IMG/VR virus record: IMGVR_UViG_3300034121_001395
Source: a virus
Strand: one strand, 5' to 3'
DNA: 64,000 bases
Shown here in pieces: positions 17,491 through 27,448 of this stretch. The notes under the pieces are model-generated. The model had not been told where the DNA came from. It was given only the letters and a program-made list of their open reading frames with translations, and searched no databases. Numbering within the stretch: position 1 is the stretch's first letter; each line of letters begins with the position of its first letter. Position numbers and translations under genes: made by a program.

Positions 17491-18330
17491 ATGCCAAGTT
17501 TACATAATCAACCATTTCCTACAAATCAATCAGTTTATCCGTATAACAACGTGACGCAGACGCGGTCTGGACATGTCTTTGAGGTTGATGACACGCTAGG
17601 CAATGAACGTATACATGAAAAGCATAAGTCTGGAACATGCCGCACAATTGACGCAACTGGCGCACTTTCAGTAACTGTTGTATCAAATCGCTATACAACT
17701 GTATGTGGTGAAGATTCTATATCAATTATAGGCAATGCAAACATTACCATAAATGGTTCTGCAAACTTAACTGTAAATGGCGACTACAATGTTGAAGTCA
17801 ATGGCAGCATGAGTCAAACTGTTAAGGGTCAATATCGTTTAAAGGTTGGCGGAGCATACAAAAATGAAGTGCTCGGCGACAAGGCAGAAAATATTGCTGG
17901 TAAAAAGGACAGCATAATTGGTAATGGAGTAAACAATACTATACGAGGTGGTGGTATAAAAAGCATGGTAGTTGGTAGCATTGAAGAAACTGTAGCTGGA
18001 GGATATACTGGAATATATACTGGTTCGAGTAGTACAACAGCATTACTTGGAGCAAGTATGACCGCTCCGGCCGGTGCAGCTACAATTGGCGGCATGACTG
18101 CAGCAATTGATGGTGTATCAATGTTAACTCTAACATCACTTGGACCAACTAATATGTTTTCAACTGTAACAAATATGACAACACCACTTGTAAACATATT
18201 AGGTGGAGCACTAATTGCAGCTGGAGATGTGCGAGCTCTCGCTGGAGCTCGCGGATTGCTCACACATATTCACCTTGGTGATGGCGCCCCAGGCACCCCT
18301 GCCCCAACATCACCACCAATAGCAGGATAA
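17491..18330 (+). CDS. gp5: gp5 C-terminal spike (beta-helix) protein
   Basis: YPYNNV..TRSGHVFEVDDT.G.ERI...HKSGT; VxG beta-helix repeats; HIH near the C-terminus. Confidence 0.88.
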   Translation: MPSLHNQPFPTNQSVYPYNNVTQTRSGHVFEVDDTLGNERIHEKHKSGTCRTIDATGALSVTVVSNRYTTVCGEDSISIIGNANITINGSANLTVNGDYNVEVNGSMSQTVKGQYRLKVGGAYKNEVLGDKAENIAGKKDSIIGNGVNNTIRGGGIKSMVVGSIEETVAGGYTGIYTGSSSTTALLGASMTAPAGAATIGGMTAAIDGVSMLTLTSLGPTNMFSTVTNMTTPLVNILGGALIAAGDVRALAGARGLLTHIHLGDGAPGTPAPTSPPIAG

Positions 18331-18334
18331 GTTT

Positions 18335-20533
18335 ATGGCACAAGTAGATCCATTTTTATACATTGTACTTGAAAATACTAGTTATGATCCAGTACGAGAC
18401 ACATATGATGCAACAGTTAAATCAGTGCGTGATATTGTTTCAAATATTTTTATTATTACACAAAAAGGTAGTGGTAGTGGTTTAACCCGAATTGAATGGG
18501 AGGCATTAGAAATATCTTTAGATGACGTCACCTTTGAATTAACATATGATAGTGGAATTCCTACGCTATCAAATGTTCCAAAAAATGTTGGGCGTTATGA
18601 TTATAATATTGCGATGACATATGTTCGTAATATATTAGACGACTCCTATAATGGTACATATCGTAATTTCTTTACTACAAATTATTTTACAAGTGTACCA
18701 AGTGGCACTCCTACGCCAGATAGTACAATATACAGCGATTCTTTATTTACTACGGAGAGTGGATTTCCAAAACCACAAGGACTACGAAATACATACAAGT
18801 TTTTAATAATAGATCCTTGCCCAGTAGAAATTATTTTTACTGATACTGAGTTAGGATACACTGGAAATACACTATCTCCAGAGTATATAACAAATCCACA
18901 GTTGTTAGACCCAACAGATCCAAACGCTCCAGGAAACATCCCATTACGATTAATGTATAGCGGAAATAGCGTAGTTGCTCCACTAGCATCGCCCACAGAA
19001 ATTGGAACATATACTGTAACAGCAACTGCTCTTGACTTTAATTATGTCGGTTCTGAAACTACATCATTTGTGATTCGTAACCTAACAAATATAGAAGCTG
19101 CTGAAAATGCCGCAATTTATCAAGAAAAATCAGACTTATTTCAAAATGTTACGTCTGGGGCAAATGGGTCCGGTAATGTTAATAATTTTGAAGGAAGTAA
19201 CACCTATATTTCTACCAGCGGAGTAAGTAGTGGTAGTAGTTTAATAAATTCAAGTTATGCGTCGTCATCTAATAAAATGACAAAGGAGGAATTTATCGAG
19301 ACTGGCGTATTAACAATACTTGAAAAAGCAGACATTGAAGGTCTTGGTACAATTAAAACACTTGCAGAATGTGCTCAAAGTTTACCTCAACGTTTAATGA
19401 TGTTTGCAGCTGCTAAAATAGCAGCATTTGTTTTAAGTTATATACCAGGGTTAGGCATTATAAAGCTATTAACTTCAATAATGGAGTTGATAGAGATGGT
19501 GAAAAAGATAATGGCGCTTATTGAGTTTGTTAAAGAGAACCCATGGGCTGCATTGAATATGGTACTTGAAACTAGTGGTGCATATGACGCGTTAGGCAAA
19601 TTAGCGAATGAACAAATTGCTGCAATACAAGAAAGTTTTCCAGGCATGACTGGTGATGTCGGTCAATTTGTAAAAGATGTTGCAAATGGACTTGTTGATA
19701 TTTGTAACCTTGATATGTCACTTATAAAGGCCGATAATACAAAGGTGCCTGAAGCAGTTGTAGGATTTATCCCTGCAACTTCACGACAACCAGTTGAAGC
19801 TAAAGCTCGCTATGACCTTTTTCAATTTCGTTTGAGAGATGCATTAAACAAAGATTCTGAAAAGATAAACACCATGAATGCTGCTGGAAATGTAGTTGGC
19901 GTACAAGAATATGTTTCGATGCTTACTGCAGTACATGAACTCGCATATAACTATCATGATCGTATAGCATCGACTGGAAACGCATTGGGTATATTAGATC
20001 CAGGCAATGACATTGGAGAATTTAGCAACTCGCTCGGATCAGTGTATGGTGTACTAGGCGATGCTACAAGCATATTATCAAGTGTCTATACAGACACTGC
20101 CTCTACGACAACCACTTCAAGCGGCACAAAAAAATCTTCAGGCTTTTCAGTAGACTCATTAAATGCCGGACTTGGTTCAGTTGCAAATACAATTAGCGGA
20201 GTTACAGCTGGATTAAGTTCAGTTACAAGTTTTGCAATGGGGGAGACTGGATTCTCTATAACTGCATTTAAAAATGAATTTAATTTTTCTGCTAAAGAAA
20301 TGCTTAAGAAAAATCCGTTCTGGTCAAAAGCAACAATTGCAGAGTATAATGCCAGAGTAAATAAAATAAAGTCTGTGATGGAAAATAACATAGATGCAAT
20401 ACGCAACAATCCAGCAAACGCAGCCGCATCTGCTGCTGAGGGGACCACTCTAAGTTCAGGTTCTTCTATCGGTGGTATTTCATCACTTATATCATCTGCC
20501 AGTTCGTCTCTCAGTTCGTTGATTAGATCATAA
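18335..20533 (+). CDS. putative virion protein with MBG-like domain and hydrophobic helical region
   Basis: SPTEIGTYTVTAT..NYVGSETTSFVI (MBG-like); LMMFAAAKIAAFVLSYIPGLGIIKLL; lies between gp5 and gp25. Confidence 0.6.
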   Translation: MAQVDPFLYIVLENTSYDPVRDTYDATVKSVRDIVSNIFIITQKGSGSGLTRIEWEALEISLDDVTFELTYDSGIPTLSNVPKNVGRYDYNIAMTYVRNILDDSYNGTYRNFFTTNYFTSVPSGTPTPDSTIYSDSLFTTESGFPKPQGLRNTYKFLIIDPCPVEIIFTDTELGYTGNTLSPEYITNPQLLDPTDPNAPGNIPLRLMYSGNSVVAPLASPTEIGTYTVTATALDFNYVGSETTSFVIRNLTNIEAAENAAIYQEKSDLFQNVTSGANGSGNVNNFEGSNTYISTSGVSSGSSLINSSYASSSNKMTKEEFIETGVLTILEKADIEGLGTIKTLAECAQSLPQRLMMFAAAKIAAFVLSYIPGLGIIKLLTSIMELIEMVKKIMALIEFVKENPWAALNMVLETSGAYDALGKLANEQIAAIQESFPGMTGDVGQFVKDVANGLVDICNLDMSLIKADNTKVPEAVVGFIPATSRQPVEAKARYDLFQFRLRDALNKDSEKINTMNAAGNVVGVQEYVSMLTAVHELAYNYHDRIASTGNALGILDPGNDIGEFSNSLGSVYGVLGDATSILSSVYTDTASTTTTSSGTKKSSGFSVDSLNAGLGSVANTISGVTAGLSSVTSFAMGETGFSITAFKNEFNFSAKEMLKKNPFWSKATIAEYNARVNKIKSVMENNIDAIRNNPANAAASAAEGTTLSSGSSIGGISSLISSASSSLSSLIRS

Positions 20534-20565
20534 TGTTTGTATAATTTACCGCGTATTATAAATTA

Positions 20566-20573
20566 TATAAATA
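20566..20573 (+). promoter_or_regulatory. T4-type late promoter
   Basis: TATAAATA 5 nt before the gp25 ATG. Confidence 0.8.
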
Positions 20574-20578
20574 GAAAT

Positions 20579-21010
20579 ATGAGTAAAACTTTATCGGATT
20601 ATAATGATTCTAGGCCATCGAATGTGGCTAGAAAAAATTTATATTCCGATATAGACAATAGTTTTGCTATACACCCGATTTATAATGACATACGTCCAAT
20701 TCTTGATATTGATTCAATACGTCAAAGTTTAAAAAATTTGTTGTTAACAAATCAATATGATCGGCTGTTTCAACCAGAAATTGCTTCGGACATTCGTTCT
20801 TTGCTGTTTGAAAATGCAAACATGTTTACAGAATATGAGCTAAAGACAAAAATAGAACGAATGATTGATGATTATGAACCACGTATAAGCGACTATGAAG
20901 TGACTGTAGTGGACGAGTCTGATCAAAATGCATATCGGGTGGGCATAACTTTTCAAGCATCATACAATTCAACTGCTGAAATTGTAATATATTTAACACG
21001 AGTACGATAA
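20579..21010 (+). CDS. gp25: baseplate wedge subunit gp25
   Basis: YSDID..F..HP, SIRQSLKNLLLT...RLFQP, YEPR. Confidence 0.92.
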   Translation: MSKTLSDYNDSRPSNVARKNLYSDIDNSFAIHPIYNDIRPILDIDSIRQSLKNLLLTNQYDRLFQPEIASDIRSLLFENANMFTEYELKTKIERMIDDYEPRISDYEVTVVDESDQNAYRVGITFQASYNSTAEIVIYLTRVR

Positions 21011-22878
21011 TGGAAATTCCTACACAATCAGTAAATGTTACAGAATTAGATTTTGATCAAATCAAGGCTAATCTAATAGAATATTTCAAGGCTGGAGACA
21101 GTCCATTTAAAGACTGGGATTATGCTGGGTCTGGATTAAATATGTTGATTGATGTGCTCTCGCATAACACACATTACAATGCATTACTCGCACACATGGC
21201 AGTCAATGAAAGTTTTATTGATACTGCACAGTTACGACAAAACGTGGTGTCTGCCGCAAAGTTAATTGGATATACCCCACGCAGTTATGCCTCTGCAAAG
21301 GCACAAATAAACGTAACTGTAACGCCAAGAAATACATTATTAAATGAATATGTTTTTCCAGTGGGTTCAACTTTTTCATCAAATATAACAGACCTTTCAA
21401 AAAGTCAAACCTATAAATTCACAAATTTAAATGATATTGTCTGCACAAAAAATTCTAGTGGAAACTTGGTAGCAAATAACGTTGACATATATCAAGGTAC
21501 ATTTATTAAAAAGAGAATTCAAATAAATTCTACACAAAGTAATAATGAATATATTATAGATGATAAAAATATTGATACGAGCACGTTAAAAGTAGCGGTA
21601 TATCAAACTGGACGTTCAGAAATTAACGAAGTATATTCTTTATTTACGGATATTAATATTGTTGATGATACAACCCCAATTTATTTCTTATACGAAAACT
21701 ATAATGGCAACTATGTAATATCATTTGGTAATGGTTTATTTGGCAAAAAACCAGATAACTTAAACGTTTTAGAGTTAACATATTTGGTTACTGATGGTAT
21801 TGGCGCAAACTCTTCAAATATTTTTTCATACTCTGATTTTTTTGATTCAACTCAACTAACTCGAGTTAGTTTAAATACAGTTGCAAGTGCAGTTGGCGGG
21901 TCAGACCGTGAGTCTATTAGCAGTATAAAATATAACGCGCCACTTCAATATGTTTCACAAAATCGTGCAGTAACTGCTGATGACTATAAAACATTGGTAC
22001 ACAGTTATCTAACAAATGTAAAATCAGTAGCTGTGTGGGGAGGCGAAGATAATGATCCGCCACAATATGGTAAAGTTTTTATATCTGCAAAAAAATCGGA
22101 TTCTTCATCAGTTTTAACTTCAAATGAAAAACAAGGATTGCTAACATATTTAAGTGATAAAAAAGTACTCTCAATATTTCCTGAAATAGTTGATCCTGAA
22201 TATGTTGATATTGTGCTTGATGTACTCTTTAAGTATAACCGTAACCTGACTACATACACAAAAACACAACTTGAAACAAAGGTTAAAGAAAGTATAGGCG
22301 CATTTAATAGTCAATATTTGGAATCTTTTGATGGTGTGTTTCGTCATTCATTTTTATCAAAGACTGTTGATGGAACAAGTCCTGCAATATTAAATTCACT
22401 TATACGAGTGTTTATTTCTAAAAGTTTTACGTTAGTTAGTGGACAACCGCAAAAAATAACAATAAAATTTGGTACATCATTAACTGTTGACGATAATATT
22501 GCCATTGTAAATTCTACTGGTTGGGTTTATGATGGAGTTACATATTATATTGGTGAAGAGGCGCATCCAACACTGTCTGACATACGCTTGCTATATGTCT
22601 ATTATTATGATGTCAATGATAAACCAATTATTCGTAATAAAGACGTTGGCACGCTTACATTGAGTACAGGAGTAATGGAAATAGAACCGCTACTCGCCGA
22701 CACTGATACCACAATGATAATAGACGTAATACCGCTATCAAATGACCTTGCGCCTAAACGCAACCAACTTATGCGCATTGATACAACACGCCTAAATGTT
22801 TATGGCGAAGTTGACCTAATTGCGGTTGGTGGTTCAAATCGTTCAGTGCAGTATAATACATTTAGTAGAGACCGTTAA
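21010..22878 (+). CDS. gp6: baseplate wedge subunit gp6
   Basis: LDFDQIK, SGLNMLIDVLSHNTHY, ESFIDTAQLR, FGNG.FGKKP, QNRAVTADDY, WGGEDNDPPQYGKVFIS. Confidence 0.96.
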   Translation: MEIPTQSVNVTELDFDQIKANLIEYFKAGDSPFKDWDYAGSGLNMLIDVLSHNTHYNALLAHMAVNESFIDTAQLRQNVVSAAKLIGYTPRSYASAKAQINVTVTPRNTLLNEYVFPVGSTFSSNITDLSKSQTYKFTNLNDIVCTKNSSGNLVANNVDIYQGTFIKKRIQINSTQSNNEYIIDDKNIDTSTLKVAVYQTGRSEINEVYSLFTDINIVDDTTPIYFLYENYNGNYVISFGNGLFGKKPDNLNVLELTYLVTDGIGANSSNIFSYSDFFDSTQLTRVSLNTVASAVGGSDRESISSIKYNAPLQYVSQNRAVTADDYKTLVHSYLTNVKSVAVWGGEDNDPPQYGKVFISAKKSDSSSVLTSNEKQGLLTYLSDKKVLSIFPEIVDPEYVDIVLDVLFKYNRNLTTYTKTQLETKVKESIGAFNSQYLESFDGVFRHSFLSKTVDGTSPAILNSLIRVFISKSFTLVSGQPQKITIKFGTSLTVDDNIAIVNSTGWVYDGVTYYIGEEAHPTLSDIRLLYVYYYDVNDKPIIRNKDVGTLTLSTGVMEIEPLLADTDTTMIIDVIPLSNDLAPKRNQLMRIDTTRLNVYGEVDLIAVGGSNRSVQYNTFSRDR

Positions 22879-22880
22879 GT

Positions 22881-25433
22881 ATGCTTTTAAGTATAGCAAA
22901 TTCGCGCCCGCGTAATATAGAATCAATACAAACCGAAAGTTTGTATCCAGATTCTTTAAAAGAGCCTGCGAGCAATCTTATCAATTTTATTGAGCGCTAT
23001 TATGAGCATCTAAACCGTAATGGTTTGCCGTCAAACGAAATTGCTGCCATTACTCGCGAAAAAGATATTGATATTGTATCTGATAAATATCTAACCCAAA
23101 TACAAAGCCTAATTGCACGCAATATTCCAAATTCACGTGTGCTTGATAAGGTCACTCTCTATCGCGTTATTATACAATATTATCATACACGCGGTTCGGA
23201 AGACAGCATACACACATTTTTCAAACTTTTCTTTGACGAAATTGTAAGTATATTTTACCCTAAAAATTACCTATTTGACTTGTCAGGCGGCGGCGGCCGT
23301 TGGGCCCCAATTGACATACCATCATTACGCACATCAGGCACAAACCCAAATAAAAATACAATTGTTGTAACGTCTGATTATAAAATTGGTCCATTTCCAA
23401 CTTCTGCGGTTGCGCCATATGCTGTCACTCTTAGATGTTTTTCAACTAATCTTTGGACATACGGAGAAGTTGAACAGTCATTTAATCTTCCATATATACA
23501 AAAAGTAAATATTGCCACTGAAGGAGCAGATCCCATTTATCGTTGGGTCTATCGATATAAAGATGACTTTGAGTTATACAGTACAAATGACACGCCTTGG
23601 CCAGATGAAGCAGTTTGGGACATCTTTGCGCGTAACATTGAATATGATGACACAATAGACTCTCAAAATATAGAGTATAGTAGGTTAACTATAACTCCTA
23701 TAGTTCCATCTACAGACACAGAAGAAATACTTGATGAGTCTGGTAAAGTTTTAGTTGATGAGTCTATTACAAACAACGAAATAATTACTGAAAAAATAAT
23801 TACTCTTGGTGATGATAGTATAAACATTTCAGTTTTTGGTTTAGAGACTGAAGAGGGCACGGCAGACTATATATTAACTCAAAAAGGACTGCCTCCTGAA
23901 GACAATGGTATTGTCACAGAAGAAGCGGGCGGCTCAACATATGTAGTTGACATTTCAAATGTCGAGTATGCTCATATATTTAGCGTAACGGCAAGCCCAG
24001 AATATACATCTAAAATTGGTGACCTTATATATTCATTAGAAGACGCACCAACACCAACAATTTATCGGTGTGAAGACCTAGATCCAATTCTATGGAGTGT
24101 AATTCCAAGTGATGAAGATGTATGGACATATTCTGATAACAAATCATTTGCTTCTAATCTATATAAGTTGCATGACGGTTATTATTGGCAAAATTATTCA
24201 TATGAAATCAAAAGTGAATTACCATATGATGAGTGGGGCGATGATTATTTGCGGTTTGTACACCCTTCTGGGTTAAAACTATTTAGCGCTATAATCTTTG
24301 AATTTATTGCTCGTAGTGAATGGTACGATATTATTGACTATGTCGTTCGCAAACCGCAGGAAAGTTATTCATGGCTAAATGCATATCATCCTCCAGTACT
24401 CGGCTATCATAGCCCTCGTAGTCAACCAGGTTGGTTAACGGCAAACGAAAGACTGCTAACAATTATACTTACAAGACTGCTAGATCGCAACGCGCCGGAG
24501 TCTCTAGTACGTATGGTTCAACTTGCCCTTCGCATATTTGCAATTAATGCCAATTATAGAGACAAAGTAGTCTATGAAGACTATCAACGTTGGATAAAAT
24601 TCTTTGATCCAAACGAACTAGTCTCTGGCTTTTCACACAAGACTATTGCTCAGGCAAGTGCGCCATACACACCAAATGCTGATCGACTGTTTAGTAATAT
24701 ATCAAGTTTTATAACATTTAAAGTACTCGATCTTTCATACTACCCATGGTTTTATAGTGAATTAATTCCACTTGATCCAACATATGAAGACACGGACCCA
24801 GAATATGATGAAGCAGTCGTCGAATCTTTTGATATAACTATGGAAGCCTATATGAATAGTACACTTGAAGACAAAGAACCACTAGTTTATCGATATCCAT
24901 TTACTACACAAGATTCAGAGTCATTTTTAACTGAAGACGACGAATACACACTTATAACTGAAGGTCAAACAAATGTGCAAATGGGCACATTTTTCTCAAA
25001 TAAAACTAATATATTTGAAGGCGAATCAGTGAGATTTTATGTAAATACAAAATTTATACCAGATGGCACTATACTATATTATAACATAGTTGGCACAAAT
25101 ATCGAATCGGACTCTGGTAGTTTTGTAATTAAAAATAATTCAGGATATTTTAGAGTTGTGCCGGTATTGGGTGAAAACTCTGGAATATCTGAAACATTTA
25201 CAATTTTTATAAGAAAAGGAGCAACCGATGGGCCAATACTTATTGGCGGCTCAGCACCAGTAATTGTACAAAAAATAGTGTATGAACTTTGGGAATTTGC
25301 AGCTTCTAGTAGTGTCTTAAATGAATTTAGTATTAACACTTTTCCGCCATCACAAGTAGAAATAATATGGGGTGACGCTACACCTTCTACTACAATTAAT
25401 AGCGGAGACACAACTTCTCATACATACACATAA
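22881..25433 (+). CDS. gp7: baseplate wedge initiator (gp7-like) with accessory inserted domains
   Basis: FIERYYE, YHTRGSEDSI..FFKLFF, LHDGYYWQNYSYEIKS, FVHPSGLKLF; follows gp6. Confidence 0.8.
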   Translation: MLLSIANSRPRNIESIQTESLYPDSLKEPASNLINFIERYYEHLNRNGLPSNEIAAITREKDIDIVSDKYLTQIQSLIARNIPNSRVLDKVTLYRVIIQYYHTRGSEDSIHTFFKLFFDEIVSIFYPKNYLFDLSGGGGRWAPIDIPSLRTSGTNPNKNTIVVTSDYKIGPFPTSAVAPYAVTLRCFSTNLWTYGEVEQSFNLPYIQKVNIATEGADPIYRWVYRYKDDFELYSTNDTPWPDEAVWDIFARNIEYDDTIDSQNIEYSRLTITPIVPSTDTEEILDESGKVLVDESITNNEIITEKIITLGDDSINISVFGLETEEGTADYILTQKGLPPEDNGIVTEEAGGSTYVVDISNVEYAHIFSVTASPEYTSKIGDLIYSLEDAPTPTIYRCEDLDPILWSVIPSDEDVWTYSDNKSFASNLYKLHDGYYWQNYSYEIKSELPYDEWGDDYLRFVHPSGLKLFSAIIFEFIARSEWYDIIDYVVRKPQESYSWLNAYHPPVLGYHSPRSQPGWLTANERLLTIILTRLLDRNAPESLVRMVQLALRIFAINANYRDKVVYEDYQRWIKFFDPNELVSGFSHKTIAQASAPYTPNADRLFSNISSFITFKVLDLSYYPWFYSELIPLDPTYEDTDPEYDEAVVESFDITMEAYMNSTLEDKEPLVYRYPFTTQDSESFLTEDDEYTLITEGQTNVQMGTFFSNKTNIFEGESVRFYVNTKFIPDGTILYYNIVGTNIESDSGSFVIKNNSGYFRVVPVLGENSGISETFTIFIRKGATDGPILIGGSAPVIVQKIVYELWEFAASSSVLNEFSINTFPPSQVEIIWGDATPSTTINSGDTTSHTYT

Positions 25434-25452
25434 AGTAAAGTAGTTTTAATTT

Positions 25453-25460
25453 TATAAATA
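25453..25460 (+). promoter_or_regulatory. T4-type late promoter
   Basis: TATAAATA 6 nt before ATG 25467. Confidence 0.8.
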
Positions 25461-25466
25461 ATAGAT

Positions 25467-26501
25467 ATGCCAGATATTAAATTTTCACAATTAGAGGTTG
25501 TACCGGCGGCGGCAGCAAATGATTCAATACCAATTATTGACGCCTCTAACCCACTTATGTCAGAAAATGGCAGCAATGCTATTATATCTGTAGGTGATCT
25601 TGCAGATTCGTTGTTTGACGGACTTTCTGATGGTGCATTGAGCAGTGCCAAGATTCAAACAAATCCAACTTTTACCGGTAACGTTACACTGCCGTCTACA
25701 ACAAGCATTGGCAGTGTGACTGGTATTGAAATAAGCTTCTTGTTAGGATTGAGAGATAATATACAATCTCAACTTGATGGTTTTACTTTTGGCGGTCTAA
25801 CTAGTACAGAAATAGGTTACCTCAGTGGAATAACGTCTAGCGTTCAAACTCAGTTAAACTCTAAAGCACCCCGTGAATCTCCTACATTCACTGGAACTGT
25901 AAGTGGCATTACTGCATCGATGGTAGGATTGAGTAACGTAGACAATACAAGTGATGCAAACAAACCAGTATCGTCGGCGACACAGACCGCATTAAATCTT
26001 AAAGCAAACCTTGCGAGTCCAACATTCACCGGAACAGTGAGCGGTATAACTGCAACTATGGTTGGATTGGGCGCTGTCACAAATGAAAGCAAGTCTACGA
26101 TGTTTAGCAGTCCTACCTTTACTGGGACTCCGTTATCAACTACAGCAAACGTTGGCACAAATACCACTCAAATTGCTACGACGGAATTTGTGCAATCTGC
26201 AATAACTGATAGTTATAATAATATATTAGAAATATCCACATCTACGCTGACTCTTAGCAGCACTCATTATAATAAATATGTGCGTCTTTCAAATGCAAGT
26301 GCTATAACTATTACACTACCCGTTTTAACGTCAGCTCCAGTAGGAACTACAATTACATTTAGACGCAACACTGGCGCTGGTTCATTGACACTAACTGCAG
26401 CAAATGGCGTTACAGTTAATAATAATGATGCCGCAACTGTGCTTGCTGGTGAAGTGTGTGCGATTAAAAATATAAGCAGCAATACTTGGGACTTTATTTG
26501 A
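25467..26501 (+). CDS. short fibre/adaptor protein
   Basis: N-terminal IKFSQL motif; SPTFTG and VDNTSDANKPVS fibre repeats; C-terminal ITITLP...GAGSLTL adaptor-type domain. Confidence 0.75.
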   Translation: MPDIKFSQLEVVPAAAANDSIPIIDASNPLMSENGSNAIISVGDLADSLFDGLSDGALSSAKIQTNPTFTGNVTLPSTTSIGSVTGIEISFLLGLRDNIQSQLDGFTFGGLTSTEIGYLSGITSSVQTQLNSKAPRESPTFTGTVSGITASMVGLSNVDNTSDANKPVSSATQTALNLKANLASPTFTGTVSGITATMVGLGAVTNESKSTMFSSPTFTGTPLSTTANVGTNTTQIATTEFVQSAITDSYNNILEISTSTLTLSSTHYNKYVRLSNASAITITLPVLTSAPVGTTITFRRNTGAGSLTLTAANGVTVNNNDAATVLAGEVCAIKNISSNTWDFI

Positions 26502-26502
26502 T

Positions 26503-27387
26503 ATGTTATTTTCTGCAATTAAAAGAAAGCGACGTCGGCGTAATGTGGGATCAAACGCATGGGCTTTCATTCCACAGGGATCCTTCACGATGGGTGACTC
26601 ATTAGATGGTATCGCAAATGCTACTCCTACGCGTACAGTAACCTTAGATGGATTCTATATATGTAAGTGTGAGGTGACAAGGGGCGAGTGGAATGAAGTG
26701 CGAACTTGGGGATTAATCAACGGATATACAGATTTAGCTTCAGAAACTACGATAAACCCAACTATGGGATTCGGCACAGCTAGCAATCACCCTATCAGTT
26801 ATGTCACTTGGTTTGATGCTGTAAAATGGTGTAATGCGCGTAGTCAGAAGGAAGGACTTACTCCAGTTTACTACAGTGATAGCGCTCAGACCGCGGTTTA
26901 CAAGACTGGAAATACAAATCTACCTAGCACGCATGTAAAATGGAATGCTAATGGCTACAGGCTTCCGACTGAGGCCGAATGGGAAAAAGCAGCGAGGGGA
27001 GGGCTAACTGGGAAAAGATATTCGTTAGGTGATACTATTACACGAGCTGAAGCAAATTATATGAATCCTAGCCAACTTCTCGGGCCAGATATGCCGAATA
27101 CTACTGCAGTAGGAACCTTTCCACCAAACGGTTATGGTCTATACGATGTTGCAGGCAATATTAGTGAGTTGTGTTGGGATTATTATGCAGAAAGTTATAA
27201 CCCTACCGATCTTATTAATCCGCGTGGACCAACCTCAGGTATAAACCTTAACAGTAGAGTACTTCGAGGCGGTAGTTGGGATTCGACAAACGCAACCGAT
27301 GTAAGAGTAGCAATTAGAAATGGTGGTGGCCAACCAGGATCTTCAAACACGACCGGTTTCCGAGTCGTTCGTAGTAAAATAAATTAA
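26503..27387 (+). CDS. FGE-sulfatase (SUMF1)/C-type lectin fold protein, candidate adhesin
   Basis: FTMGD, HP...VTWFDA..WCN, YRLPTEAEWEKAARGG, NGYGLYD.AGN..E.CWD, RVLRGGSW and GFR motifs. Confidence 0.9.
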   Translation: MLFSAIKRKRRRRNVGSNAWAFIPQGSFTMGDSLDGIANATPTRTVTLDGFYICKCEVTRGEWNEVRTWGLINGYTDLASETTINPTMGFGTASNHPISYVTWFDAVKWCNARSQKEGLTPVYYSDSAQTAVYKTGNTNLPSTHVKWNANGYRLPTEAEWEKAARGGLTGKRYSLGDTITRAEANYMNPSQLLGPDMPNTTAVGTFPPNGYGLYDVAGNISELCWDYYAESYNPTDLINPRGPTSGINLNSRVLRGGSWDSTNATDVRVAIRNGGGQPGSSNTTGFRVVRSKIN

Positions 27388-27390
27388 CTC

Positions 27391-27442
27391 TATAAATAAC
27401 AACACGTGTCTAATATAATCACTATTAAAATTATTATAAATA
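27391..27442 (+). promoter_or_regulatory. two tandem late promoters
   Basis: TATAAATA at 27391 and 27435; the second is 6 nt before ATG 27449. Confidence 0.75.
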
Positions 27443-27448
27443 CTGTAT

